DNA of 64,000 nucleotides from Squalus acanthias (lineage: Eukaryota), in NCBI GenBank assembly GCA_030390025.1, contig CM059432.1, positions 87,608,001 through 87,672,000 on the forward strand. The letters are read 5' to 3'. Every line of letters starts with the position of its first letter. The first letter of the stretch is position 1. This document shows positions 22,757 through 36,554 of the stretch, one piece after another. The notes under the pieces were generated by a model. It had not been told where the DNA came from and did no database searches. It saw nothing but the letters and a program-made list of their open reading frames with translations. The position numbers and the translations under genes are program-made.

Positions 22757-25700
22757 ATAGAATCATAGAATCATAGAAATCTATGGCATAGAAGGAGGCC
22801 ATTCGTCCCATTGTGTCTGTGTTGGCTGAAAAAGAGCTATCCAGCCTAATCCCAGTTTCCAATTCTTGGTCCATAGCCCTGTAGGTTACGGCACTTCAAG
22901 TGCATATCCAAGTACTTTTTAAATGCGATGAGGGTTTCTGCCTCTACCATCCTTTCAAGGAGTGAGTTCCAGACCCCACCACCATCTGGGTGAAAAAATT
23001 TCTCCTCAACTCCCCTCTAATCCGTCTACCAATTACTTTAAATCTATACTCCCTGGTTATTGACCTCTCTGTCAAGGGAAATAACTCCTTCCTATCCACT
23101 CTATAGGAACAGGAGTAGGCCATTCAGCCCCTCAAGCCTGTTCTGCCATTCAATGAGATCATGGCTGATCTGTGATTTAACTCCATATACCCGCCTTTGG
23201 CCCATATTCCTTAATACCTTTGGTTAACAAAAAGCTATCAATCTCCGATTTAAAATTAACAATTGATCTAGCATCAATTGCCATTTGCGGAAGAGAGTTC
23301 CAAACTTCTACCACCCTTTGTGTGTAGAAGTGTTTCCTAATTTCACTCCTGAAAGGACTGGCTCTAATTTTTAGACTCTGCCCCCTAGTCTTAGAATCCC
23401 CAACCAGCTGAATTGTTTCTCTTTAGCTACCCTGTCTGTTCCCTTTTAATATCTTGAAAACTTTGATCAGATCACCCCTTAACCTTCTAAATTCTTGGGA
23501 ATACAACCCTAATTTGTGCAATCTCTCCTCGTAACTTAACCCTTGAAGTCCGGGTATAATTCTGGTAAACCTACACTGCACTCCCTCCAAGGCCAATATA
23601 TCCTTTCTAAGGTGTGGTGCCCAGAACTGTTCCCAATACTCCAGATGTGGTTTTGTACAGGTGCAGCATAACTTCTACCCCCTTGTATTCTAGTCCTCTA
23701 GATATAAAGGCCAGCATTCCATTAGACTTATTGATTATTTTCTGTACCTGTTCATGTCATTTTAATGATCTATGTACCTGGACCCCCAAATCTCTTTGGA
23801 CCTCCACTGTTTTTAGCTTTTCACCATTTAGAAAGTACCCTGTTCTATCCTTTTTAGGTCCAAAGTGGATGACCTCACATTTGCTTACATTGAAATCCAT
23901 TTGCCACAGTTTTGCCCATTCACTTAATCTATCAATATCTCTTTTGTAATTTTATGCTTTCATCTACACTGCCTACAATGCCGCCAATCTTTGTGTCATC
24001 GGCAAATTTGAATATATGACTTTCTATGCCATCATCTAAGTCGTTAATAAATACTGTGAATAGTTGAGGCCCCAACACAGATCCCTGCGGGACACCACTA
24101 GTCACATCCTGCCGATTTGAGTACCTACCCATTATCCCTACTCTCTGTGTCCTGCCGCTCAGCCAATTACCTAACCAGGTCAATAATTTGCCCTCAATTT
24201 CATGGGTGTCTACCTTAGTTAACAGTCTCTTATGTGGGACTTTATCAAATGTCTTCTGGAAGTCCATATAAATAACATCCATAGACATTCCCCTCTCTAC
24301 TACTTTAGGCACCTCTTCAAAAAATTCAATCAGGTTTGTCAGGCATGACCTACCTTTCACAAATCCATGCTGCTCTCTCTGATCAACTGAACATTATTGA
24401 GATGTTCAGTCACCCTATCCTTAATTATAGACTCTAGCAATTTCCCGACAACAGATGTTAGGCTAACTGATCTATAATTCCCTGGATTTCCCTCTCTCGC
24501 CTTTCTTAAATAACAGAGTGACATACGCAATATTCAATCTAAAGGAACGATTCCTGAATCTAGAGACCTTTGGAAGATTATAGTTAGGGCATCTGCAATG
24601 TGCTCACCTACTTCCTTTAAAACCCTGGGATGGAAACCATCTGGCCCTGGGGATTTGTCACTCTTTAGTGCCATTATTTTCTTTATTACTGTTATTTTAC
24701 TTACGTTAATTTTATTGAGTCGCTGTCCCCGATTCAATATTAGTTTCCTTGGGATTTTCGGCATGCTATCCTCTTCTTCTACTGTAAATACTGATGCAAA
24801 ATAATTATTCAACATGTTTGCCATTTCCTTATTATCATTGACAATATCACCGCTTTCAGTTTTTAAGGGGGCAACATTGCTCCTGACTACCCTCTTTTTC
24901 CTAAAGCAATTGTAAAAATTCTTTGTATTTTTTGCATTTTGTATGCTTTTTCTTTTAGTTTTATGCTGTCCCTTTCCTCTTTAGTCATCCATGGCTGTTT
25001 TTTTTTTGGCAAGTAGAGCTCTTGCCCCTCAGGGGTATAAACTGGTTCTATATCACATTAAATTATTTTTTGAACATCTCCCACTGATCTTCTGTCATTT
25101 TACCCATTATCAGATTTGCCCAGTTTACTGTGGACAGTCTCTGCCTCATCCCGTTGAAGTCGGCCTCACCCAAATCTAGAATCTAGAATCTTAGTAGATG
25201 TTTTGCGTTTCTCCCTTTCAAACACTACATTGACCTCGATCATGTTATGATCGCTATTGGATAAATGTTCATGCACAGTTAGGCTGTTAACTAAATCTGG
25301 CTCATTACTCATTACTAAATCTAATATGGCTTTCCTCCTTGTTGCCTCTGGGATATATTGTTGTAGAAAACTATCTCGGACACACTCAAGAAATTCACTA
25401 CCTTTCTGACAGGTGCTAGTCTGCTTATCCCAATCTATATGAAAGTTAAAATCCCCCATTAAAACCACTCTGCCTTTGTTATACGCTTGTCTAATCTCTG
25501 CATTTATACAATCTAGCACTACACAGCTGCTATGAGGGGGCCTATACACAACTCCCATTACAGTCTTAAATCCTTTCCTATTTCTTAATTCTACCCATAA
25601 AGTCTCCACTGCCTGCTTACCACTCTTTATATCCTCTCTTATCATTGAAGTGATTTTATCCTTATTCACTAAGGCTACTCCTCCCCCTCTGCCATTTTCC

Positions 25701-26925
25701 CTATCTTTCCTGTAGACCTTATAACCTGGTATATTTAGTTCCCGTCCTGACTGTCTTGCAGCCATATCTCAGTAATGGCTACCATGTCATACCCTCCAAG
25801 TTGAATTAGCGCCTGCAGTTCATTCAATTTATTCCTTATCCTCCATGCGTTTTTATAAAGAACGCTTATTTGGCTCTAATGTTTTATTCACATGTTTCTT
25901 ATTTCTCTCTCCTGGTTTAATCACTTTACATCTTTTAATTTTGTCTTTACCTGTAGTGCCTAAAGCACAATTTCTGACTGTTACTCTACTCTCTTCCCTT
26001 TGGTTTGTTTTTGAACTACTATTTGTACTACAATTTCCACCTGAGCCCTCCCCCCCATTTACTAGCTTAAAGTCCTTGTGGCCGTCCCTATTTATCATTT
26101 CCCCATGGACCCTGGTCCCAGACCGGTTCAGGAGGAGCCTGTCCCAACGGTATAGTTCCTTCCTGTCCCAATACTGGTGCCAGTGCCCCATAAAATGAAA
26201 CCCCTCTTTCCCACACCACTCCTTTAGCCACGTGTTCACTTCCCTAATCAGCTTATCCCTATGCCAATTTGCCCATGGCTCAGGTAATAGTCCAGAGATT
26301 ATAATCCTTGAGGTCTATCTTGGCCCCTCATAATTTTATACACTACAAATAAGTCTCCCCTCAGCCTCCTCTATTTCAAAGAAAACAACCCCAGCCTACT
26401 TATTCTTTCCTCATAGCTAAAATTCTCCAATCCTGGCAACATCCTCGTGAATCTCCTCTGTACCCTCTCTAGAGAAATCATATCTTTCCTGTAATGTGGT
26501 GACCAGAACTGTATGCAGTACTCTAGCTGTGGCCTAACTAGTGTTTTATACAGTTCTAGCATAAGTTTTCTGCTCTTATATTCTATGCCTTGGCTAATAA
26601 AGGCAAGTATCGTGTATGTCTTCTTAACCACCTTATCTACCTGTCCTGCTACCTTCAGGGATCTGTGGACATGCATGCCAAGGTCCCTCTGTTCTTCTAC
26701 GCTACTCAGTATCCTACCATTTATTGTGTATTCCTTTGCCTTGTTAGCCCTCCCCAAATGCATTACCTCATACTTCTCCGGATTGAATTCCATTTGCCAC
26801 TTAGCTGCCCACCTGACCAGACCATTGATATCTTCCTGCAGTCTACAGCTTTCTTCCTCACTATCAACCACACAGCTTTCTTCCTCACTATCAGCCACAC
26901 AGCTTTCTTCCTCGCTATCAACCAC
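22757..26925 (-). mobile_element. Outer 5'-truncated CR1 LINE (22757-23104 and 26314-26925)
   Basis: (CATAGAAT)n tail; ORF 26371-26925 WAAKWQMEFNPEK..LYKTLVRPQLEYCIQFWSP. Confidence 0.88.
23105..26313 (-). mobile_element. Nested CR1 LINE: ORF1 SGNH-esterase end plus disrupted ORF2 (APE endonuclease, RT)
   Basis: NTWLKEWCGKEGF..HWHQYW (ORF1), VVYRPP/MGDFN/SDHN (EN), GVPQGSVLGP/FADD (RT); flanked by TCTAT at 23100-23104 and 26314-26318. Confidence 0.88.
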
Positions 26926-27548
26926 TACTGTCCTCTCTACTGTCCAGCCTGAACTTCCCCACTGCTACACAACCTGATCTGCTACTATACTGCTCGCTCT
27001 CCTTCACTGCCTGGTCCTGTCCCCTCTGCTCACTGCAGTTACCCACTGTCCTCTTCACCGCCGTCTACTCTTTGGACCTGACTCACTCGTGTCTCTTCTG
27101 CTGTTGGTTTCGGCTTTTTCCTGACCTGGAGAATAGGCTTCGGCAGCTCCCTGCTTGGTGGACAAAGGCTGTACCCTCATTGCTGGATGTAGAACCTCAA
27201 TGCACTGATGAGAGGACCGTCTTTCCAAGTGTCAAGTTCAGGAAGGTCAACAATTTTGAACACAACAGCAGAAGAAACACACTTAATGTTATAAGAGAGG
27301 CTAGGAAATAACTCGACGAGTCATCAGTTTGTCTTCATTGTACCAAAATGAGCGTAGATATTGAACTCATTAAGGTTTGTTGCAAGGAAGCCATCTGATG
27401 TAAGCTATTTGGAGGAAAAATGATTCAAGTAAATCATTCAGAGGAAGCCACGGTAAGGAGGAAAGGCTTTGTGCAGAGAAGCCATCTCAAAATGGACTGG
27501 GAAAAAATCCATGGTCCTGAGATTTGGAGATTCTGTATCTAATTTACT

Positions 27549-27591
27549 TCACCTGAGGAAGGAGCAAATCGATAGCTCCGAAAGCTTGTGA
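27549..27591 (+). ncRNA. Minimal type I hammerhead ribozyme motif in a short Penelope-like terminal remnant (~27545-27635)
   Basis: TCAC-CTGAGGA-A-GGAGC(AAATCGATA)GCTCC-GAAA-GC-TT-GTGA, followed by AATAAA and TGTTGGACTATAACCTGGTGTTGTG. Confidence 0.75.
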
Positions 27592-28595
27592 TTTCAAATA
27601 AAACTGTTGGACTATAACCTGGTGTTGTGCGACCTCTCAATTCTGAGAAAACTCTCAGAGGATCGAGGTTGCATGACCTAAAAATGTTGCTACATGGTGA
27701 TTGAGTGATAGAAATTCTTCATGTCCTGCTGATTTTTAGAGTGCAAATACACTATTGGACTTATAAATTTTTCAATCAGACATTCCGCACTGGAAGCGCG
27801 CACACAAAGTTGCCACGTCTTCAATGCTCCCTTAAGGTGCGTGTGCGCAGCGCGTGATAATCTGAAAGGTCCCGCATAGGCTGCTCACTGGCTTTTACAT
27901 TGTAAATACCATGCATGCGCAGAAATTTAAAGGGACCATGCATTAAAAGGAACAGGCCGTGCAGAACAAAGTGCAGCTTACAGAGAACGTTGACTGCCAT
28001 ATTGGTAAAGGCAAATTTCTACCCCTAAGTCTGAGGAAACTTTCTGTGAGAAACTGGGAAAGGTGTACATGGAATCTGTTGCATGAGTTGCGGAGGGTGC
28101 TGGCTGGCACTCGGACCTGAATTTGCAGGTTAGTGTTCGGTGATGGCATGGTGGAGGGAATATGGGGGCTGCATTTTAAGCAATCTAGTAGTCATGGGTC
28201 ACTAAGTATTCAGCAGGCTATTAAAAAGCAATTGTTGAAACCTGGTTGGCTCCTTTTTCTTCCTGAAAATCCTCAAAGGTTTGCTATAATTACAACATGT
28301 TGAATTTTGCCATTTAATGGGATGAAAATCATTACTGCCTTTCAAAGTCTGGCTTTGGAAAACTGCTCAGGATTGCTAATGATTGCGAAGGGAACTTTTG
28401 GAGATGCAGTGGAAACCATAGTTTCAGTGGTAAAGGTACTTTTGGTGAGATGTCCATTGGAGAAGTTTTTCTGACAAGGATTTAACACAATAGTGATGGA
28501 TTCTACATCTGTATCAAAAACACCAGTACTGCCAATTATTAGGAAGAAGATCCTTGGGTGTAAATAATTACCTGGCATGGAGGAAAATCAGGCAT

Positions 28596-28814
28596 AAGAA
28601 CATAAGAAATAGGAGCAAGAGTAGGCCATTTGGCCCCTTGAGCCTGCTCCGCCATTCAATAAGATCATGGCTGATCTTCTACCTCAACTCCACTTTCCCG
28701 CACTATCCCCATATCCCTTGATTCCCTTAATATTGAAAAATCTATCGATCTCTGGATATTAAAGGAATCAAGGGATATGGGGAAAGTGCAGGAAAGTGGA
28801 GTTGAGGTAGAAGA
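28596..28814 (-). mobile_element. CR1 3'-UTR fragment with fold-back inverted duplication
   Basis: AAGAACATAAGAAATAGGAGC..GGCCATT CR1 tail; arms 28675-28733 and 28756-28814 are 56/59 complementary. Confidence 0.85.
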
Positions 28815-31692
28815 CAGTGAGGATCATCCTCTTGTGATGAAGCTTGCCCAATTTCCTGTCCAATTAAATTAATTGTGACACCAAGCTGCCAACAAAGGCA
28901 AGCCTAGAAAATTAAAAATGTAATTATTCTGGTCCAGAGCTCAACAAAATTAGATTGTCTACCTTGGGAAAGACAGACAGACTTGGCATCTTATTGGATT
29001 TCACATAAAATGAACTACTTTGAAATGCAGTGACTGAGTTATGTAGGTAAACACAGCACCATTTTGCTGATAGCAACATTCCACAAACAGCAATGAGATG
29101 AACGACCATTTAATCATTTTTTAATGGTATTAGTTGAGGAAGGCATGTTGGTCAGTACATTACCATGTTCTTCTTCAAATAGTACCATGTGGTATTTATT
29201 GCCCATTTGAACAGGTAGAAGGAACTTCAGTTTAACATATCTTACAAAATCGAGAAATAACAGTTAAGGGAAAAAAAATCTTTTACCTGCACTAAATTAA
29301 TTATTTATCACTTAGTGGTTATACATTTCAATATACGCATAAAAGTGAATTAATGAACACATTTGAGCACAAGATATAATGCATGTCCAAGTGACACCTA
29401 CCTGAGGAATTTTCTCCATTTCAAGTGGAGCCCAATTCGAGGATGGTTAATTAATTCTAGTTTTGTTTGTTCATGTATATCTACGTTATCTTGAAGGATA
29501 TATTTTACTGATTACTGTGGGCAGTGTGTGTGTGTATGTTTGAGAAAGAGACAGACAGTCAGACAGACAGACAAAAGGGAAGAGAAATAGCAGCAGCTGG
29601 AAGAAAAAAAGCTCCCAGGCTAGAGGAACTGTGGTGGCCAGAAGTTGGGCAGCAGGGGCCAAAAGATAGCAAGTGTGGCCGAGGAACAACAACAGACAGA
29701 TGACAAGCTGGGCAGAGGAACAAGGAAACCATATTGCAAGTTATTGATGTTTACTGTGCACAGCCCTTTAGGTATTCAGCACTTGTTAGATTTGATCTTG
29801 CATAAAAATTCAATTTTTCAGAGATTGTAGTCCTATTGCTTATAGTTTGTAAAACACCCTTGCCAAATTGGCATTTTAAACCAAGTCCCCCATGAACTGA
29901 CGGACTTAATTTCCTTTGAACAAGCAATTACTAGATTTGTAAGGATCTAATTACTATTGGATAAGTTACCAAATCAACATACATTTTCATGTTCTGAAAG
30001 CAGCCAACTTGGCACAGCAGTATCTATACCAAAGCCGGTTGCCTCATATGTTATGACTAATGTTGTTATAGGAGCTTGTCAGGCCAGATCCTTTCCTAAC
30101 AAAGTAAAGGACTTAGGGTAATCTTGAAAGTTCAGAGTCTGACTGCAAATGTATAGCATTTCAGTTGTGTGCTGCAGTTGAGATCCTCTTTTGTTTGGAG
30201 TTTCTAGGTGAAACCATGATCCTTTTCTCAGGACATTTGTTATTTTCCTCTCATCAACAGTATATCTACAAAACCGATTCAGTCAAGCCAACTTATAATT
30301 AAGTCTGATTTGTCAGGCAGCTTCCATACTGGCAGATTTGGCCATGTTGGTGATTTCACTCTCCCTGTTTCTTCCACCCTTTCATGGCTGTCCCTATTTT
30401 AATGCCTCTTCTTCCCCATCTGCTCATGTATTCTTTCCACTTCTCACAGCCTATATCTACTTTCTGAATCAGGGAGTCATATTTCTACTATATGCTATGC
30501 CGGTACAGGCACAATGGGCTGAAAGGCCTCCTTCTGTGCTGTATGATTCTATGGCTCTATGATGTGGGAGTTTACTGACCCATGCCACTTATCACTGGTG
30601 AAATCACATATAGTAATTTCACTAGAGTTCAGGAGCGTGTGGATATGCCTGTTCTTTCATTCACTGTTGGTACCTAAGAATGTATGGAACAAGGAAAATC
30701 CATTTGGCCCTTTTATCTCCCTTCTTCAATGGACATCATGACATAATATGGTACATGCCACTTGGTCTGTTCACCATCCACATACCCCTCCAACCTCCTC
30801 AAGTCCAATGTTTTTGAAACTCTCTCTCTAAATTATTGAACAAGTCAGTCCTTGAATGCAGTTAGTGGGTTCTCCTGAGAGCCCCCATCACCTAGTATAG
30901 ACCTTCTCTCCCATTTTGTACCACTTTGCCTTCAATAATAAGTGTAGTATGGATCATGACAGGGTGCACTGTCAGTTTGGAATCCAGTCATTTCTGTAAC
31001 AGTAAATTTAAATTTATAATGAATATATATCTCCATCATTCTTACATTAGAAAAGGGTTGTTTGACACAATTAAGTGAGTTTATTTATAACAGTCAGTAA
31101 GAACCAATTGGATGTCATAGATAAAAACTGATGTTTTGCTCTCTTATGATACTGCCCAACTGAATGAATGAAACATTCATAATTTATACTGGTTAGATAG
31201 AAATGTATTGGCTTCAGAACTGTGAATGTAATATTGTTACAGTATCATTACAGGTGCATTGTCATTAAAATATGCGAAAATAGTATTAAAACCAAAAGCG
31301 GGAAATATCCCTATCAATTCTTTGAAATTCTTCACAATACAAAAGTGTCTGACGTCTATTTAAGATATACGCCAGTCTGATTGAATTGGAGTTGGTTCAC
31401 AGGGACGTGCAGGAAGCAGGAAGAACAACTGAGAAAGTAAACGAAAGCAAGAATGTGGAGAAATGGAGGAGAAGCCAGGAAGGAAGTCACAGCCAGCTCA
31501 TGAATGGCAGCTTTCTTCTAAAGTTCGGCAGATTTTCCTTTACACAGAATGTCTTCCAAAATTCTATAGAAGGAAAATTGTGTCAGAGGTCTGGAGACTG
31601 GCAAAGGTGACATCCCTTTTCAAAACAAACTGAGACATTATAGGCCAAGTGGATTTACTACAGTTAACTACTTGACCTTGAATTTACTCACT

Positions 31693-32015
31693 GGGGTCCA
31701 TTTTGACTTTTGGGCAGCCGCCCGGCAAAGGGCACTGATTGGTCACCCATTCTGGCGGAGAGGAGGCTCCCTGTGATTTTGAGGCTCCGGCCTCATTTAC
31801 ATTCACCAGGCGAGCTGTAGGGTGCCAAACACGCATCCTGTCGCAGCTCGCCAGATTCGGCAAAGGAAAACAGGCCGGAGCTGCTACCAGGAAGGGGGGT
31901 TGCGATCGTGGAGGGTGGGGGTCCCACTCGGCAGTGGCCCAGATTATTTTTGTGGGTCCCAGGGATGTAGTCCTGCCTTTCTGATGCCCACAAAAATAAT
32001 CCAAGACTTACCTTT
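31693..32015. mobile_element. Partial non-autonomous DNA transposon (Harbinger-type left end)
   Basis: GGGGTCCATTTTGAC start, GC-rich island in AT-rich DNA; no right TIR found. Confidence 0.45.
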
Positions 32016-33062
32016 GATGGACCTCTTCTCCTCATTGAACTGATCGAAGCCTGCAACTGCATGGGATATGATGGGGATTATTCTGATGTCAGTGACAATG
32101 CTTGGAGCCTACATGGCGATGACTGTGCTTTGCTTTATTCTATGTTTACAGGAATACTCTTGTTAAAACTAACTCTGTGTTAAGCTTTCTTTTTTTACAT
32201 TAGCCCTGTGTTTTCTGTGCTCAATTACAGTCAGTCTGGTCTTACAAATTAAATCGCACAGCATTTGGTATTACTTTTGTCCTTAGTATTTCTTGCGTTT
32301 TGAGTAAAACAGTTGTTCTCGTGTTGGCATCTAATGCAACTCTTCTGTACAATAACATGATGAACTGGTTTGCACTCATGCAACAACGCCTATCTGTTTA
32401 TGTCCTTACACTGGCGGTGCAATGCTTAATATACACTGTTTGGCTAAGAACATCATGACCTTATCCTCTAAAGATGGGTCATTATTTTAAAGACAAATCA
32501 TTTTTGAATGCAATTTAGTGTTGGTAATAACTTTTTATTGTGTACTCGGTTACATTGGATTTCTGTCTTGTGCGTGTCTTGTTGCTTTTCTAGGTTCTTA
32601 TCTTAGACCTCAATGAATTGGCAGCAGCCAAGATGATTCTCATTACAGGGCTCTTTGGTGTAGCCATGGAGTCCACTGGATCCACCCCTCATTATTTGCA
32701 GTACCAATGGGGTAGATCTTGACTGTGTGATAGTGTAAAACAGGTGATAGCGAGTCAGCAGCCTGTTTTACATCTGTCCCAATTTTTATTTCCATTGAAT
32801 TTTTTTTTTGCCTTTTTATAGTCAGAGGCAGAACAGTTCAGTAGGCACTGGAAGCCACTTTATCCCACATTCGCCTGATTGCCATTGCGTTTGAAAGGCA
32901 TTAGACATCCAGGAAATGAGCAGGGGTCATTTTGGCTACTAACAATAGCGGTGATGTGCAGTAATTAATAGCTCCAGTGAAGAGCACAGACCACAAGTTA
33001 CTACCATCTGCAAACCATCTTTTTTTCCCCAGGATTAAGCCCGACTAAGGGTGCTAAGGCTA

Positions 33063-33183
33063 TGGATTAATTTTCAACAAACTGCCAGCGCGTAACTGGA
33101 AAGGAAATTCGGGGGGTTTCTATACATGCACCTGACCCACATCGCCAGTTTTACGCTCCTGCGATAAGTTGAAAATTACGCCC
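33063..33183. mobile_element. Small MITE-like inverted-repeat element
   Basis: TAATTTTCAAC (33068-33078) / GTTGAAAATTA (33168-33178). Confidence 0.55.
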
Positions 33184-33641
33184 ATATGGCTCCCGGTAAA
33201 CCATTCAGCTAAGATCCCACACAAAAGAACATCACCTACATTACAACAGTGACTATGCTTCAAAAGTACTTCATTGACTGTAAAGCGCTTTGGGACATCC
33301 TGAGGTTGTGAAATATAAATGCTAGTCTTTTTTTTTTAACCTGTTGCTCAGCTGTATAACATGTTGTGCTGTTTATAATTACTTTTAGTTTTTGGAGCTA
33401 AAGATGCATATTTTAATTGATAAGCATTATTTATTGACTGCAGCTGTGTGCTCATTGAGAATATTTTGGATATATTTCAGTTTTTAGCAAGCATTTTCCA
33501 TCTTTTTTGTTTGCATGTGAAATAAAGCCTAACGGGCACAGAATTTCCTGGTGCGATGCATGTATATGTATGGTATCACTTTCTGTGTGTATTATGAAGT
33601 ACTACACTACTTGAAGTGTACTGGTTCTTTGAAGAATTAGT

Positions 33642-34172
33642 GGGGTTAATTTTAACCCTACCCGCCTGGCAGAAACCAGGCGGTTAGCCAGTTAAAATTG
33701 AGCAGATGACTTACCTGCTCAGAACCCGATCCTTACCCGATATTAACCTGCAAGATTCTGCAGGCGGATGAAGCGCCCGCCTATAGCAGGCGGCAGCCTC
33801 ATGAATTTATGCAAATCCGAATCCTTTAACGCTAAGAGGACCCTAATGGCATTTTAATCACTGCGGCTTTCCCAGCAAACAAGGTCGGCAGCTGGTGGGC
33901 AGGATGTAGAGGCCCTCCACGTAAGTGAAGAAATTTCCTTTGTAGGGCCAGGAGCAGCAGAAGCCCCGAACTCCATTTCTTCTGTCCCGCAAGATTAGCA
34001 GCTGGTCTAAACTATGTTCCTGCCCATTCTAGCTGGACAGTGGGCTGGGAGCCTTTAAATGAGGCCCGGGAATTAAAATACCCCAAGCCTGAAACTTAAG
34101 CCAGCAGGTGCGTTTCTCACTCTCTCCACCACCACCCCACCTCAAAATCCGCTCGGGGTTAAAATCGACTCC
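33642..34172. mobile_element. MITE, ~530 bp, Harbinger-like TIRs
   Basis: GGGGTTAATTTTAACCC / GGGTTAAAATCGACTCC. Confidence 0.7.
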
Positions 34173-34794
34173 AGCATTTTACAGAAAGATAAATTATTGT
34201 ATTTGGTGTAATCTTTAAAAATCAAAATAACACATTGAGTCGATAACTAGGTTTTCAGGTATTAAAGCCCTTTGGGTTCCGCAATGGCTTATATGGTAAA
34301 TGTACTGCCTGGTGTGGTACTAAGCTTTACAAACCAGGAGGATTCCTAACTCGAGCCTTGCTCATCATCAACAACAATAATAGCAACTTGCATTTATATA
34401 GCACTGTAATGTTTTAAAAAAAATGTCCTTTAAAATAATGGGTCAGTGAAGGGTCATAGTTAACAGCTAAAGATAAATGCAACAATTTCTGCAAAGAAGT
34501 ATCTTAATTTAAGTCATCCAATCACAAGCTAGATGAATTTCCAGAATCTTTTCCAAATTGGCCCCAAGTTTTTTCCCTCTGTTTTGCCTGTCCCAGGAGT
34601 TTGCATGGCTAGGGGATGGAGGAATGGCCTATGTGTTTGCATAGTTGGCAGATGGGCACGGCTTTGTTGGCTTGATTGTTTTTCTTGCCCTTTTTAAAAA
34701 TATGTTTGGATGTTCTAGTTTCCATTTTCAACTCTACTTTGCACCGCTTCCCTAGCCAAACTGTTCCAATGTAACTATGATGCTGGCACCTGCT

Positions 34795-35848
34795 TGACAA
34801 TGTGTAAGATTACTCAGGTATGTCCCATCCACAGAAAAGCAGGATAAATCTAGCCCAGCCAATTGCTGCCCTATCACCCTCGTTCCAATTAACAGTAAAG
34901 TGATGGAAGGAGCCATCAACAGCGCCACTTAATCACCAATAACCTTCTCACTGACACCCAGGTTGGGTACCACCAGAACCATTTAGCTTCAGACCTCATC
35001 ACAGCCTTGATCCAGAGATGCACACAAAATCTGAATGCCAAAGGAGAAGTGAAGTAACTGCCCTTGACATCAAGGCAGCATTGAGTATGGCACCAAGGAG
35101 TCCTAGCAAAATTGGAGTCAATGGGGGTCAAAGGGAAGACCCTCCAGTGACTGGAATCATACCTGACACAAAGGAAGATGGTTGTGGTTGTTGGAGGCCA
35201 GTCTTCACAGCTCCAAGATATCACTTCAGCAGTTCCTCAGGGAAATGTCCTAGGCCCAACCATGTTCAGCTGTTTCATCAATTACCTTCCTTCCATTATA
35301 AAGTCAGGAGTAGAGGTGCTCATTGACAATTCCACAGTGTTCAGCTTCATTCACAACTCCTCTGATAATGAAGCAGCCCCTGCCAACCTACAGCAGGACC
35401 TCGCTGACATTTAGGATTGGTTTGACAAGTGGCAGCTAACATTCACATCTCATAAATGTCAGTTAATGACCATCTCGAGAACAAAAAAGCCTAGACATCT
35501 TCCCTTGACCTTCAATGGCATCGCCATTGACAAATCTTCCATCATCAATATCTTGGGGGGTCACCATTGACCAGATGCTGTCCAACTATATCAAGACCAT
35601 GGCTACAAGAGCAGGACAGAGGCTGCTCTATATTGAGTGGCTCATCTCTTGATCCCTCAAAGCCTATCCACCTGGTTCAAGTCAGGAGTGCGATGGAATA
35701 ATCACCTCTCACCAAAGACAGTTACAACTGTAACAACACTCAAGAAGCTCAACACAGCAGTTTGCTTGATTAGTTGGCCCACCGACGCATTCTCAGGATA
35801 ACTAGGGATGGGCATAAAATTTGGCCCTGTAGGCGTCGCCCACATCCT
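34795..35848 (+). mobile_element. Old diverged copy of LINE family B
   Basis: VTALDIKAA, VPQGNVLGPTMFSCFIN; same 3' end GGGATGGGCA..GCCCACATCC. Confidence 0.85.
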
Positions 35849-36554
35849 AAGAACAAATAAACTAAAAATAAGTTATTTTATGTACTCTAATACAAATGAA
35901 TGTGACACCATATACCAGGCAAGACTGATAGGATTAAAATACCTTTCTCTGCCAACTATAAGGATCCTAAATGAAATTAATTTATTTCGGCTTATTCCAA
36001 TTCTTGGTAGACGTACGTCCAGAGCACAGAACTGCTCATAATTCAGCACTTACTTGGCAGTCTTACTTAGAATATGACTTATGAAAAGTTTGAGTTGTGG
36101 GGTTATTTTTCCAGATGGCTACAACTGCTATATAGTACACCCATGGCCAGATATTTCTCTCTGGAGTGAATTTTCCAAACTTTTGCCTTGAAAAAGGTTC
36201 TAAATAGTGGTGTCCTTTAATCCCACTTTTATTTACGTTACAGTCATTGGACATGATATTTTGGTCAATACTGAACATTTACAAGCAGTCTACAGCCTGT
36301 TCCATGTTAGTCATATTGATTCACCTCAGGTTATACCTAGGTAAGAAGCGGGATTTGCCATTAGTTTTCCTTTCCTTGGGGGAATTGAAGACCATTCACC
36401 CCTTTTAACAGACTACTGGTTTTAAATATTTGGGTATCACTGTGACTCCATTGTTGTACTGCTTCATTAAGCCCAATTATTTATTATACTGAGCGATCTT
36501 AGCTGGGGCATTTAAGGGTGCTGCAATTGACCTCAGTGCCACTCATCTAGGAAG

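Noticed and set aside
27790..28020. CpG/NRF1-like host promoter
   Set aside because: Short, and contains TTTAAAGGGACCA like the Harbinger relic ends; cannot be distinguished from a decayed TE.
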